A stretch of 27,646 bases of DNA from an uncultured Bacteroidaceae bacterium (GTDB lineage: Bacteria; Bacteroidota; Bacteroidia; Bacteroidales; Bacteroidaceae), in the NCBI GenBank assembly GCA_964635525.1, contig CAZWPW010000001.1, positions 1 through 27,646 of the forward strand. Direction: 5' to 3'. The notes under the pieces were generated by a model. It ran no database searches, was not told the origin of the DNA, and saw only the letters and a program-made list of their open reading frames with translations. Position 1 is the stretch's first letter, and each line of letters opens with the position of its first letter. The translations under genes were made by a program, and so were the position numbers. Shown in pieces: positions 1-9,069 of this stretch.

Positions 1-180
1 GGTAGCGGCCACGGGCGAATCTCCAACAAATCCCCTGCCGGGGGGATGGAATGGAAGAGGCCTCAGCTGGTTCCCAGGCGGGTTTCGCAGAGGCCTCTGG
101 CTGATTTTACGGTATTTGCTGAATGTCCCCAACTATGCCGGTGCATTGCTGAAGATATGATTTAGTGCATGATTGGCTGG

Positions 181-975
181 TCAAATCGTGGTGGCGCATC
201 CTTTCAACCAGAGGTAGCGTTTGCGGATAGTCCAGCGCATAAGCGCCCACCGCCTTAACCCGAATACCTTGACTAACACATCGTCCATGGCATATATTAC
301 CTTGTTTTTTACTGGCTGCTTGTCGCGCCAGCCGCCGAGGTACAGGTGCATGGTGACGCTGTCATGCCTGAAATCACCTCTGAAGTGGGTGAATGTGTGC
401 GGTGGGAATAGCGTTAACACCCCGTCCATGAGCCTTATCGGTGCTTTGCTGAATACACCACGCTTGAGGCCAAAGTTCTTCTCGGCAATCACTGTTATCA
501 ACTTTGTGATGACCGTTTCGTCATTCGAGCCGTCGTTTTTTATGAATTCCCGTTTGTCATACAAGTCGAGGCATTCCTTTATGAACTGGTTTCCTTTTTC
601 AGCACCCATTATGCATGCTTCAATGCGGAAATCGTCAGAGCATCCCTCTTTGTAAAAATATGATTCGATTGACGAGAAAGCATGTTCGTTAAGATAATCG
701 TCAAGCCGCCCGAATGCCATGACATCAGTGTCAAGGTATATCCCCCCATGGTGGTATAGGGCGTAAAGCCTGATGTAGTCGGATGCGAAAGCCCATTTGC
801 GCTTTTCGCAGGCCTGTTGGGTGAACTTGGCCGTATGGATGTCGAAGCGTTGCATGTCCCAGCAAACAAATTCATAGTCAGGCATTAATCTCACCCATGA
901 ATCGATGCACTTCTGTATCCTTTCAGGGAATGGGTCTCCACTGAGCCAGCAATAATGTATGATTTTTGGTATCAT
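181..975 (-). CDS. Glycosyltransferase, GT32 / DXD sugar-binding family (capsular polysaccharide synthesis-like)
   Basis: N-terminus MIPKIIHYCW, AFASDYIRLYALYHHGGIYLDTDV (DXD motif) and CIMGAEKGN are typical of GT32/Gly_transf_sug proteins. Substrate cannot be inferred. Confidence 0.85.
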   Translation of the reverse strand: MIPKIIHYCWLSGDPFPERIQKCIDSWVRLMPDYEFVCWDMQRFDIHTAKFTQQACEKRKWAFASDYIRLYALYHHGGIYLDTDVMAFGRLDDYLNEHAFSSIESYFYKEGCSDDFRIEACIMGAEKGNQFIKECLDLYDKREFIKNDGSNDETVITKLITVIAEKNFGLKRGVFSKAPIRLMDGVLTLFPPHTFTHFRGDFRHDSVTMHLYLGGWRDKQPVKNKVIYAMDDVLVKVFGLRRWALMRWTIRKRYLWLKGCATTI

Positions 976-997
976 TATCTATAGTTAGAGATTGACG

Positions 998-1005
998 CAA
1001 ATATA
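998..1005 (-). promoter_or_regulatory. Bacteroidota sigma70 -7 box for the GT32 gene
   Basis: Minus strand reads TATATTTG (TAnnTTTG consensus) 22 bp upstream of the ATG at 975. Confidence 0.45.
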
Positions 1006-1046
1006 TAAAATATATTATCAACAACTATCCCCTGTACCATGAACTC

Positions 1047-1925
1047 TCAGCGTTTGTTCCTACGTGCTTTCGTGTCCTTGCAATCCAGCTTGCTTGAAAG
1101 CGTGTCCAGCCATCTGCCCCCGATCATGAAAGCAAGCCCCACGGCTACGAATGGTATGCTCAGCCATTGTCCCATGTCGAGTGCCATGCCTTTCTCAAAG
1201 TCGACTTGGATGTCTTTGAGAAACTCAATGAAGAAGCGGAACAGGAATATCATGAATATCGTCATTCCGAACATGAAGCCCCGGTGCAGCTTTTTCGCCC
1301 GGTAGAGCTTGAGGTATACGGCGAGGTTGATGAGGAAAAAGCAGAAATAGGCTATGGCCTCATACAGCTGCGCAGGATGCCTCGGTTCATCGTAGCCTTC
1401 GAACTGGAAGGCCCATGGCACGTCGGTGGGCTTGCCGACTATTTCCCCGTTCATCAGGTTGCCGAGGCGTATGCAGCAGGCTGCGATTGGCGTGACCACG
1501 GCAATGAAATCAAGCACATCGACGAAGTTCATCCGCGTTTTCCTGACGTAAAGCCACAAGGCAACTATTAGCCCGACGCTTCCCCCGTGGCTGGCAAGCC
1601 CTTGATAGCCTGTGAACTTCCACCCTTGCGCCGTCTCGCGTATGGGCAGCAGCATCTCGATGGGGTGCGTCAGGTAGTAGCCGGGTTCATAGAACAAGCA
1701 ATGGCCGAGCCTTGCGCCGATGAGAATACCGATGAAAGCGTAGATGAACAGAGGGTCGAGTTTCTCCTTAGGGATTTCCAAGTCCTTGTATATCTTGCGG
1801 GTCATGACGTAGGCCAACACTAATCCCATAGCGAACAGCACGGAGTAGTAGTGCAATTCGAAGCCGCCGATTCTGAATATCGCGGGGTCGGGATTCCAAA
1901 TGATTGTCATGAAAGGGTAGTTCAT
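1047..1925 (-). CDS. lgt: Prolipoprotein diacylglyceryl transferase
   Basis: IGARLGHCLFY, GLASHGG, IRLGNLMNGEIVG, RHPAQLYE and RFFIEFLK motifs; multiple hydrophobic segments. Confidence 0.95.
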   Translation of the reverse strand: MNYPFMTIIWNPDPAIFRIGGFELHYYSVLFAMGLVLAYVMTRKIYKDLEIPKEKLDPLFIYAFIGILIGARLGHCLFYEPGYYLTHPIEMLLPIRETAQGWKFTGYQGLASHGGSVGLIVALWLYVRKTRMNFVDVLDFIAVVTPIAACCIRLGNLMNGEIVGKPTDVPWAFQFEGYDEPRHPAQLYEAIAYFCFFLINLAVYLKLYRAKKLHRGFMFGMTIFMIFLFRFFIEFLKDIQVDFEKGMALDMGQWLSIPFVAVGLAFMIGGRWLDTLSSKLDCKDTKARRNKR

Positions 1926-1937
1926 GGTTCGTGAGGA

Positions 1938-3041
1938 TTATACGTTGAAGCGGAAATGCATGATGTCGCCGTCTTCTACGAGGTAGTCCTTGCCTTCGAC
2001 ACTGAGTTTGCCCGCCTCGCGCACTGCGCTTTCCGAGCCGTATGCGATGAAGTCGGCGTATTTGATTACTTCGGCGCGTATGAAGCCCTTCTCGAAGTCG
2101 GTGTGTATGACCCCGGCGCATTGCGGTGCTTTCCAGCCTTTGCGGAAAGTCCATGCCTTGACCTCCATCTCGCCGGCGGTGAAGAATGTTTCGAGGTTGA
2201 GCAGCGAGTATGCCGACTTGATGAGCCGCGCCACGCCAGATTCTTCCAGCCCTATCTCTTTAAGGAACATTTGCCTTTCGTCGTAGGTTTCGAACTCGGC
2301 AATCTCCGACTCTATTTTCGCCGCTACGACGAGCAATTGAGCGTTTTCCTCTTTGATGGCGTCACGAACCTTGTCTACATGCCCGTTGCCGTTCGCAGCG
2401 CTTGCCTCGTCTACGTTGCAAACGTAGAGGACAGGCTTTGACGTGAGCAGGAACAGGTCACGGGCAATCTTTTGCTCCTCTTTTGTCTCGAATGAGACGC
2501 TGCGGGCGGGCTTTCCCTGTGCAAGGGCTTCTTTGAACTTGCACAGAACGTCATACGCTTGCTTGGCCGCCTTGTCGCCTCCGGTTTGCGCCTGTTTCTG
2601 TACGCGCTGGATGCGAGCTTCTACCGTCTCAAGGTCTTTCAGTTGCAGTTCGTAGTCTATAATCTCTTTGTCCCTGACAGGGTCGACGCTGCCATCGACG
2701 TGCGTAACGTTGTCGTCGTCAAAGCAGCGCAAGACATGTATGATTGCATCCGTCTCGCGTATGTTTGCAAGGAACTTGTTGCCAAGCCCCTCGCCCTTGC
2801 TTGCCCCTTTGACAAGCCCGGCGATGTCGACTATCTCGACAGTGGTAGGGACAATCCTGCCCGGATGCACCAGCTCGGCAAGCTTGCTCAGTCTCTCGTC
2901 AGGAACGGTAATCACGCCGACGTTAGGCTCTATGGTGCAGAAAGGAAAGTTCGCCGCCTGCGCCTTTGCGTTCGACAAACAATTGAAGAGGGTTGATTTG
3001 CCCACGTTGGGCAATCCCACAATACCGCATTGTAATGCCAT
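1938..3041 (-). CDS. ychF: Redox-regulated ATPase YchF (OBG family)
   Basis: GIVGLPNVGKSTLFN P-loop, NFPFCTIEPNVG, DIAGLVKGAS, TGS-domain C-terminus GVIHTDFEKGFIRAEV...DGDIMHFRFNV. Confidence 0.97.
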   Translation of the reverse strand: MALQCGIVGLPNVGKSTLFNCLSNAKAQAANFPFCTIEPNVGVITVPDERLSKLAELVHPGRIVPTTVEIVDIAGLVKGASKGEGLGNKFLANIRETDAIIHVLRCFDDDNVTHVDGSVDPVRDKEIIDYELQLKDLETVEARIQRVQKQAQTGGDKAAKQAYDVLCKFKEALAQGKPARSVSFETKEEQKIARDLFLLTSKPVLYVCNVDEASAANGNGHVDKVRDAIKEENAQLLVVAAKIESEIAEFETYDERQMFLKEIGLEESGVARLIKSAYSLLNLETFFTAGEMEVKAWTFRKGWKAPQCAGVIHTDFEKGFIRAEVIKYADFIAYGSESAVREAGKLSVEGKDYLVEDGDIMHFRFNV

Positions 3042-3120
3042 GATATATACAAATCAAAATGTTCAAACATAATTGCCGGCAAGAGGCCGACCCTCGCAGG
3101 CCGCAATGCCAGGTTTGCCA

Positions 3121-3128
3121 CAAAAGTA
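3121..3128 (-). promoter_or_regulatory. Bacteroidota -7 box for ychF-lgt
   Basis: Minus strand reads TACTTTTG, about 80 bp upstream of the ychF start. Confidence 0.5.
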
Positions 3129-3212
3129 ATACAAAGCGCGGTACTTGGCAAAGCGCACTATAGGGATGCAACTTATGACCACTCAAATTCGTTTCGAGCG
3201 GCCATTAGCCCC

Positions 3213-3243
3213 TTTGCCGTTGCACCGCGAAAACATATATTTG
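3213..3243 (+). promoter_or_regulatory. Bacteroidota sigma70 promoter for TPR-ribE
   Basis: TTTG (3213-3216), 19-bp spacer, TATATTTG (3236-3243); matches TTTG-N19-21-TAnnTTTG. Confidence 0.6.
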
Positions 3244-3259
3244 CAAGTACATAAAACCC

Positions 3260-5458
3260 GTGATGGAATACAAGAAGATAAGAGGGCACATCCTGTCGCG
3301 TCTCCTCGGCAAGGCCTTGTCTGAACTCGCTGCATTGCCAGGCAATCACTTTGCAAGCGAGATAGAAAGCATGCAGGCAACGTATGGATACATGAAGGAC
3401 TACATGCTTGACGGAGCAGAAGACCCCGCGCGCCATTCGTTGTTCAAGAGCTTGCTGGCAAAAGCATATTCATTGCTCAACAGAATGTTCGTTGAAGAGA
3501 ATGCCGGCACAAGCAGCAGGCTCTTCTATCAAAAGCTGCGTACCTACCGCGCACTGCCGCAATTAACAGTCTCTTCCATTGTAAACAAATTGGAAGCCTT
3601 CGCCGAAAACCTGGCTATGCTCAAACTTCTGGGCAACGAACAGTCTATTGACGAACTCTGCAAAAAACACGATGCAGACAGCCGTGACATGTTCTACTTG
3701 TTATGGCTCTCGGGAGAGTGGAATGATGACGACCGCAATACGGCTATAGCTTTTTTCGAATCAAACCAAGTCACGCAGGCCGACAAGCTGTTTGCCGTTT
3801 CAGGCTTGCTGCTGTCGCTCTTGCGCGCCTTTGATACGAAGAAGATGCTCGCCGTCATTGTGCTTTGTTATGCCGCTGACCCTGTACTGCGCGCACGTGC
3901 ATACGTGGCGGTGTTGTTGACCATGCGCGAGCATGCGCAGCTGCTTGACCTCTTCCCGGAGGCAATCAATGCCTTCAATGTGCTTGCCGACGATGCCACG
4001 CGCAGGTCAGAGATGCTTATCGTAATACTCCAATTGTTGAAAGCGCTTGAAACAAAGAAAATCGGCAAGAAGTTCAATGAAGAGATAGTTCCTGAATTGT
4101 TCAAGAAACAATCAGAACTCAAGGACAGCATAGGAACAGAATTCATTGACATGAACAGTTTCAACGAGCTGAAACCAGAATGGGGGATGGAAATAGAGAA
4201 AACAGGAGTTGCCGACAAGCTCAAGGAAATGACCGAACTGCAGCAGGACGGGTATGACGTATACCATGGAGCTTTCTCGCACATGAAGAACTTCACCTTC
4301 TTCAATGAATTCTCAAATTGGTTCATGCCCTTCGACATCCATAACCATGCAGTGCGCCAAGCATTGCCGTCAGGCATAGGCCACGGGAAATCGCTATTGG
4401 AAATGATTCTTGCCTCGGGAACGTTATGCGATTCCGACAAGTATTCATTCTGCCTGATGTTGGGAGGTGTGCCGGAATCGCAGCGCGCAATGTTGGCTTC
4501 AAATCTGGATTTTGACGCTGGCTCTGACGACGCACCCTCTGACCCCAATGGCAAATTCATCGGGGCGGCAAACTCATACGTACAGGACTTGTATCGCTTC
4601 CATAAATTGCACCCGCAGCGAACGCAGTTCGCCGACCCGTTTGACGATTTGGCAGCGGTAGCCGGAATACCATTCTTCGAGGCTGTCATAGCAACGCCAA
4701 GCGCTTGCCAAGCGCTTGCAGAAGCAATGTTCAAGCATGAACACTATGAAGAAGCACTCGATTATTACAACCGATACGTATCAGCAACAAAATGCAATGA
4801 CGCAGCACTATTCCAAAAAGCTGCTTATTGCGCGCAACGCTTAGGACGCTATGACGAGGCCGTGAGGCTATACATGCAAGCCGATTCGCTATTGCCGGAA
4901 AACAAATGGATACTATCGCACATAGCGTCATGCCTCGCGCTTGTGGGTAAGCTGGAAGACGCGCTTGAGTACTACCATCTTATCGAATTGATTGACCCCT
5001 CCGATACGGACGCGTCGCTGCAAGTTTGCAAATGTCTCATACGAATGGAAGAGTTCACCAAAGCCTTGGAAAAGCTGCGCAAGATAGACTTTATGTTGCC
5101 AGGCAACCCTTACGTCATGAGAATGATGGGGTGGTGCCTGCTCGAGGCAGGAGAATGGGCGGCGGCATTGTCATGCTACAACAAACTGGCATCGTCAACT
5201 GACAATCTAACGGCAAACGACCATGTCAACGCCGGACATGCCGCATGGGGCAATGGGGATGTACGCGCAGCTTACGAACATTACGCGGCTGCGGCGAGGA
5301 TAAAAGGCAGCGCATGGCTCATCGCCACCCTTGACGAGGACTCAAGAATAACCGCCAAAGCAGGAATAGGACCTACCGAATACGACATAATGAAAGACAT
5401 GGTCATCAGTGCCATGCCAAACGACTGGAATGATAAAAACAACAAAACAAATATTTGA
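3260..5458 (+). CDS. Tetratricopeptide repeat protein (Bacteroidales type), function unknown
   Basis: 732-aa ORF with C-terminal TPR-like helices (AEAMFKHEHYEEALDYY, AAYCAQRLGRYDEAVRLY, IASCLALVGKLEDALEYY, NAGHAAWGNGD). GTG at 3260; in-frame ATG at 3263 is an equally likely start. Confidence 0.8.
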   Translation: MMEYKKIRGHILSRLLGKALSELAALPGNHFASEIESMQATYGYMKDYMLDGAEDPARHSLFKSLLAKAYSLLNRMFVEENAGTSSRLFYQKLRTYRALPQLTVSSIVNKLEAFAENLAMLKLLGNEQSIDELCKKHDADSRDMFYLLWLSGEWNDDDRNTAIAFFESNQVTQADKLFAVSGLLLSLLRAFDTKKMLAVIVLCYAADPVLRARAYVAVLLTMREHAQLLDLFPEAINAFNVLADDATRRSEMLIVILQLLKALETKKIGKKFNEEIVPELFKKQSELKDSIGTEFIDMNSFNELKPEWGMEIEKTGVADKLKEMTELQQDGYDVYHGAFSHMKNFTFFNEFSNWFMPFDIHNHAVRQALPSGIGHGKSLLEMILASGTLCDSDKYSFCLMLGGVPESQRAMLASNLDFDAGSDDAPSDPNGKFIGAANSYVQDLYRFHKLHPQRTQFADPFDDLAAVAGIPFFEAVIATPSACQALAEAMFKHEHYEEALDYYNRYVSATKCNDAALFQKAAYCAQRLGRYDEAVRLYMQADSLLPENKWILSHIASCLALVGKLEDALEYYHLIELIDPSDTDASLQVCKCLIRMEEFTKALEKLRKIDFMLPGNPYVMRMMGWCLLEAGEWAAALSCYNKLASSTDNLTANDHVNAGHAAWGNGDVRAAYEHYAAAARIKGSAWLIATLDEDSRITAKAGIGPTEYDIMKDMVISAMPNDWNDKNNKTNI

Positions 5459-5461
5459 CCC

Positions 5462-6073
5462 ATGTTTTCAGGAATAGTAGAAGAATGCGCACAAGTCATA
5501 GCCGTCGTGCATGACCGCGAAAATGTAGACATCACGTTGAAATGCTCGTTTGTACCGGAATTGAAAATCGACCAAAGCATATCACACAACGGGGTATGTC
5601 TCACAGTGGCAAACATCGGAGACGACAACTACACGGTGACAGCAATCAAGGAAACATTGCTGCGCTCAAACCTCGGATTGCTCAAGCCAGGCGACTGGGT
5701 GAATCTTGAACGCTCAATGGTAATGAACGGACGCCTCGACGGGCACATAGTGCAAGGACACGTCGACCAAACAGCAGTGTGCATATCAAAAAAGGATGCC
5801 GAGGGCAGCACGTATTTCCGCTTCAGGCATGACACCGACAGTGAAAAGGCCAAGAGGGGATATTTCACCGTTGACAAAGGGTCGGTCACAGTCAACGGAG
5901 TCAGCCTGACGGTGTGCGAACCCACGGCAAACGAGTTCACTGTGGCGATAATACCATACACGATGGAAAACACCAACTTCAAGCACATCAAAGAAGGGAC
6001 AGTGGTGAACATCGAGTTTGACATACTCGGCAAGTACGTTTGCCGCCTCGAAGAACTCAAGAAGACGCTCTAA
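5462..6073 (+). CDS. ribE: Riboflavin synthase (alpha chain)
   Basis: MFSGIVEE start, SISHNGVCLTV, VNLERSM, GHIVQGHVD, GSVTVNGVSLTV, VNIEFDILGKY. Confidence 0.95.
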   Translation: MFSGIVEECAQVIAVVHDRENVDITLKCSFVPELKIDQSISHNGVCLTVANIGDDNYTVTAIKETLLRSNLGLLKPGDWVNLERSMVMNGRLDGHIVQGHVDQTAVCISKKDAEGSTYFRFRHDTDSEKAKRGYFTVDKGSVTVNGVSLTVCEPTANEFTVAIIPYTMENTNFKHIKEGTVVNIEFDILGKYVCRLEELKKTL

Positions 6074-6121
6074 GGCATTCACGACACTGCGCAAAGCCGG
6101 CGCGTCGTTGTACCGCCAAGG

Positions 6122-7018
6122 CTAAAGAGGGGAGGCTTGTAAGCTTCCCCGCGTGTCTATCCCAAGCATTAGTTTCGAACGCAGGTTCTCGAACATGGGA
6201 TGGGAATTGAGTTTTACAACCTTGAGCGACTCACCAGCCTTCGACACCGTAAGCCTGTCGCCATCACCGCAGGCCATGCTCGCGCCGTCGGCCGAAACAA
6301 GGAACTGGTTGTTGCGGCTTCTTACCTCCATCTCAACCGTGCAGTCGTCGCACAAGACGATAGGGCGGATGTTCAAGTTGTGGGGCGCAACGGAGGTGAT
6401 GACCATGCTCTTCGATTGCGGCATGATAATAGGGCCGCCAACGCTCAACGAATAAGCGGTAGAGCCAGTAGACGTGGCAACAATCAGCCCGTCGCATTGG
6501 TAATTGCACAGGAATTGCCCGTTGACCGACACCTTGATGGTTATCATCGATGAAATATCCATCTTCATGACCGCTATCTCGTTCAGGGCTATGCACGACG
6601 TTGGCTCCTCCCGTCCTTTGACTTCCAATTTCAGCTGGGTTCTTTCCTCTATCCGGTAGTCGCCATTCGCAATGCTCTCAAGGGCATTCCCTAATGTTGA
6701 TGGCTCGATGTCGGTCAAGAAGCCCATCTGTCCCATGTTGACCCCTATGAGGGGGATGCTGAGACGGGTGGCCGACTTCGCCGTACGGAGGAACGTGCCG
6801 TCGCCGCCTATGCTAACCGCAATGCAATCGCCAGCCACGTCGCCTTTCATCAGTTGTTCATCTGAAAGATTGAGGCGGGAATGTTCCTTTAGGAAACCGA
6901 AAAAACCAGGCTCCAACGCATAACCGGCTCCATGCTCGCTGAAAACCCCGACGAGCCTTGCCATAATCTCAGCCTTGCCCGGGTCGAATGTGTTGCCGAA
7001 AATCAGATATTGCATCAA
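6122..7018 (-). CDS. nadK: NAD(+) kinase
   Basis: SIGGDGTFLR, GVNMGQMGFL, ALNE, DGLIVATSTGSTAYSLSVGGPI. The ATG at 7015 is the probable start. Confidence 0.95.
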   Translation of the reverse strand: MMQYLIFGNTFDPGKAEIMARLVGVFSEHGAGYALEPGFFGFLKEHSRLNLSDEQLMKGDVAGDCIAVSIGGDGTFLRTAKSATRLSIPLIGVNMGQMGFLTDIEPSTLGNALESIANGDYRIEERTQLKLEVKGREEPTSCIALNEIAVMKMDISSMITIKVSVNGQFLCNYQCDGLIVATSTGSTAYSLSVGGPIIMPQSKSMVITSVAPHNLNIRPIVLCDDCTVEMEVRSRNNQFLVSADGASMACGDGDRLTVSKAGESLKVVKLNSHPMFENLRSKLMLGIDTRGSLQASPL

Positions 7019-7067
7019 TTAATGGTAGTTTTGGTTTTTACTGTGCTTGCTATTCCGTCAGAACTGT

Positions 7068-7075
7068 TAACTTTG
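7068..7075 (+). promoter_or_regulatory. -7 box for pdxJ-exbB-exbD-tonB
   Basis: TAACTTTG followed by CCGCA in the nadK/pdxJ divergent gap. Confidence 0.55.
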
Positions 7076-7090
7076 CCGCATCAGCAAGGG

Positions 7091-7098
7091 CAAAAATA
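7091..7098 (-). promoter_or_regulatory. -7 box for nadK
   Basis: Minus strand reads TATTTTTG(CC); a TTTG lies 22 bp upstream (7121-7124). Confidence 0.45.
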
Positions 7099-7202
7099 GA
7101 CTTTTTTAATCGCAAATCACCAAAACAGCACCAGTATTAAGGTAACATGCCGCCATCGTTGCCAGCCCTTGCCAGCGATGAAATGAATGAAAAAAAGAAA
7201 TC

Positions 7203-7916
7203 ATGACGAAACTCAGTGTCAACGTTAACAAGATAGCAACACTCCGCAACGCACGCGGAGGAAACATGCCTGACCTTGTCAAAGTAGCACTCGATTGCGA
7301 AGTCTTCGGCGCTGACGGGATAACAGTACACCCCCGTCCGGACGAAAGGCACATAAGGAAAAGCGACGTGATAGCCCTCAAAGCAGTTTTGAAGACGGAA
7401 CTGAACATCGAAGGAAACCCGACATCCGACTTTATCGAACTCGTGCTGAACGTCAAGCCGCAGCAAGTGACATTGGTGCCCGACGCACCCGAACAGCTCA
7501 CCTCAAACACCGGGTGGGATACGAAAACGAACTTCCACCTGCTATCTGACGTGTTAGGAACGTTCAACAGCGAAGGAATAAGGACCTCGGTCTTTGTCAA
7601 CCCCGACCCGGCAATGATCGAATATGCAGCAAAGGCGGGAACCGACCGCGTCGAACTCTACACCGGCTCCTATGCATCCATGTTCCACAAAGACAAAGAG
7701 AACGCAGTCAAACCATACGTCAAGGCAGCTGAAATAGCGCACAGCCTCGGCCTCGGCCTCAATTCAGGCCACGACCTGAACCTCGAAAACCTCGAATACT
7801 ACCGCAAGTGCGTCCCCTTCCTCGACGAAGTCTCAATAGGGCACGCGCTCGTATGCGACGCAATATACCATGGCCTTGAGAAAACAATCAAGGACTATAA
7901 ACGATGCATCATCTGA
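7203..7916 (+). CDS. pdxJ: Pyridoxine 5'-phosphate synthase
   Basis: [66 protein letters not shown]. Confidence 0.96.
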   Translation: MTKLSVNVNKIATLRNARGGNMPDLVKVALDCEVFGADGITVHPRPDERHIRKSDVIALKAVLKTELNIEGNPTSDFIELVLNVKPQQVTLVPDAPEQLTSNTGWDTKTNFHLLSDVLGTFNSEGIRTSVFVNPDPAMIEYAAKAGTDRVELYTGSYASMFHKDKENAVKPYVKAAEIAHSLGLGLNSGHDLNLENLEYYRKCVPFLDEVSIGHALVCDAIYHGLEKTIKDYKRCII

Positions 7917-7934
7917 AAACCATAACTTCACCCT

Positions 7935-8663
7935 ATGTTTAAACTGTTTTATACATTCGCGCAAGCCGTACAAGACACTGCACCTCTGGAACTGCCGCAA
8001 CTCACCCCTACCCAAGCCGAACAAGGCATCAGCCTCTGGGACATGGCGCTAAAAGGAGGATGGATAATGGCAGTCCTTGCAGCACTGTCGGTTTTATGCA
8101 TCTACGTCTTCGTCGAGAAACTAATCATCATACGCAAAGCAGCTAAGGACGACCCGCACTTCATGGAACGAATCAGGGATTACATCCTCAGCAACGAAAA
8201 CAAATCGGCGCTGACCTACTGCCAAGCAGAAAACACACCAGCTGCAAGGATGATAGAATGCGGGATAAAACGGCTCGGAAGGCCAATAGCCGACATACAA
8301 ACGGCAATAGAGAACGTTGGGAACATCGAAGTGGCGCGCCTCGAAAAAAGACTCCCGGTGATAGCGACAATAGCAGGGGCAGCCCCGATGATAGGATTCC
8401 TCGGAACAGTAACAGGAATGGTAAGAGCTTTCTACGCAATGGCAAACGCCGGAAACAACGTCGACATAACACTCCTCTCAGGAGGCATATACGAAGCATT
8501 GGTCACCACGGTAGGAGGACTCGTCGTGGGCATCATCGCACTATTCGCATACAACTACCTCGTCGGCCAAGTCGACAACGTCGTCAACGCAATGGAAGCA
8601 AAAACAGTGCAGTTCATGGACATATTGAACTCGCCGCAGCATAACCAAGAACATGGCTCTTAA
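7935..8663 (+). CDS. exbB: MotA/TolQ/ExbB proton channel family protein
   Basis: KGGWIMAVL, LATIA-type segment followed by APMIGFLGTVTGM, GGIYEALVTTVGGLVVGIIALFAYN. Confidence 0.92.
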   Translation: MFKLFYTFAQAVQDTAPLELPQLTPTQAEQGISLWDMALKGGWIMAVLAALSVLCIYVFVEKLIIIRKAAKDDPHFMERIRDYILSNENKSALTYCQAENTPAARMIECGIKRLGRPIADIQTAIENVGNIEVARLEKRLPVIATIAGAAPMIGFLGTVTGMVRAFYAMANAGNNVDITLLSGGIYEALVTTVGGLVVGIIALFAYNYLVGQVDNVVNAMEAKTVQFMDILNSPQHNQEHGS

Positions 8664-9063
8664 ACGAAGGACAAAAATAGAACCGGCATTCAGCATGGCA
8701 TCACTGACCGATGTCATATTCCTCTTGCTGATATTCTTCATGATAACATCGACCGTCGTCTCGCCCAACGCAATAAAAGTGCTCCTGCCCCAAGGACGGC
8801 AGCAAACATCCGCCAAACCGCTGGCAAGGGTCATCATTGACAAAGACCTGAACATATACGCCGCACTCGGGAACGACAAGGAAATACCTGTCGAGGAACA
8901 CGACCTGCCGGCATTCCTCATGAAATGCGCCGAAGAAGAACCCGAAATGTACGTGGCGCTTTATGCCGACGAAGCTGTACCATACGGCGAGATAGTCAAA
9001 CTGCTCAACATAGCCAACGACAACAAATTCAAGATGGTGCTTGCAACACGCAAGCCAGATTAG
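8653..9063 (+). CDS. exbD: Biopolymer transporter ExbD/TolR
   Basis: MASLTDVIFLLLIFFMITST with the conserved TM aspartate; LYADEAVPYGEIVKLLNIA. Overlaps exbB by 11 bp. Confidence 0.92.
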   Translation: MALKRRTKIEPAFSMASLTDVIFLLLIFFMITSTVVSPNAIKVLLPQGRQQTSAKPLARVIIDKDLNIYAALGNDKEIPVEEHDLPAFLMKCAEEEPEMYVALYADEAVPYGEIVKLLNIANDNKFKMVLATRKPD

Positions 9064-9069
9064 CGCCGG

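Noticed and set aside
998-1025. dif/Xer-like site (ATAA-N6-TTAT core at 1005-1018)
   Set aside because: Only the inner core matches. The outer XerC/XerD arm positions are poor, the context is AT-rich, and it overlaps a plausible promoter box.
3868-4734. 288-aa antisense ORF
   Set aside because: It lies wholly opposite the TPR gene, is Ser/Ala-rich with no recognisable motif, and is best explained as a shadow ORF.
5400-5462. FMN riboswitch upstream of riboflavin synthase
   Set aside because: ribE starts 3 bp after the TPR stop, leaving no leader, and no RFN motifs are visible.
6130-6149. Hairpin GGGAGGCTT-GT-AAGCTTCCC between convergent ribE and nadK as a terminator
   Set aside because: It lies inside the last nadK codons and has no U-tract on either strand.
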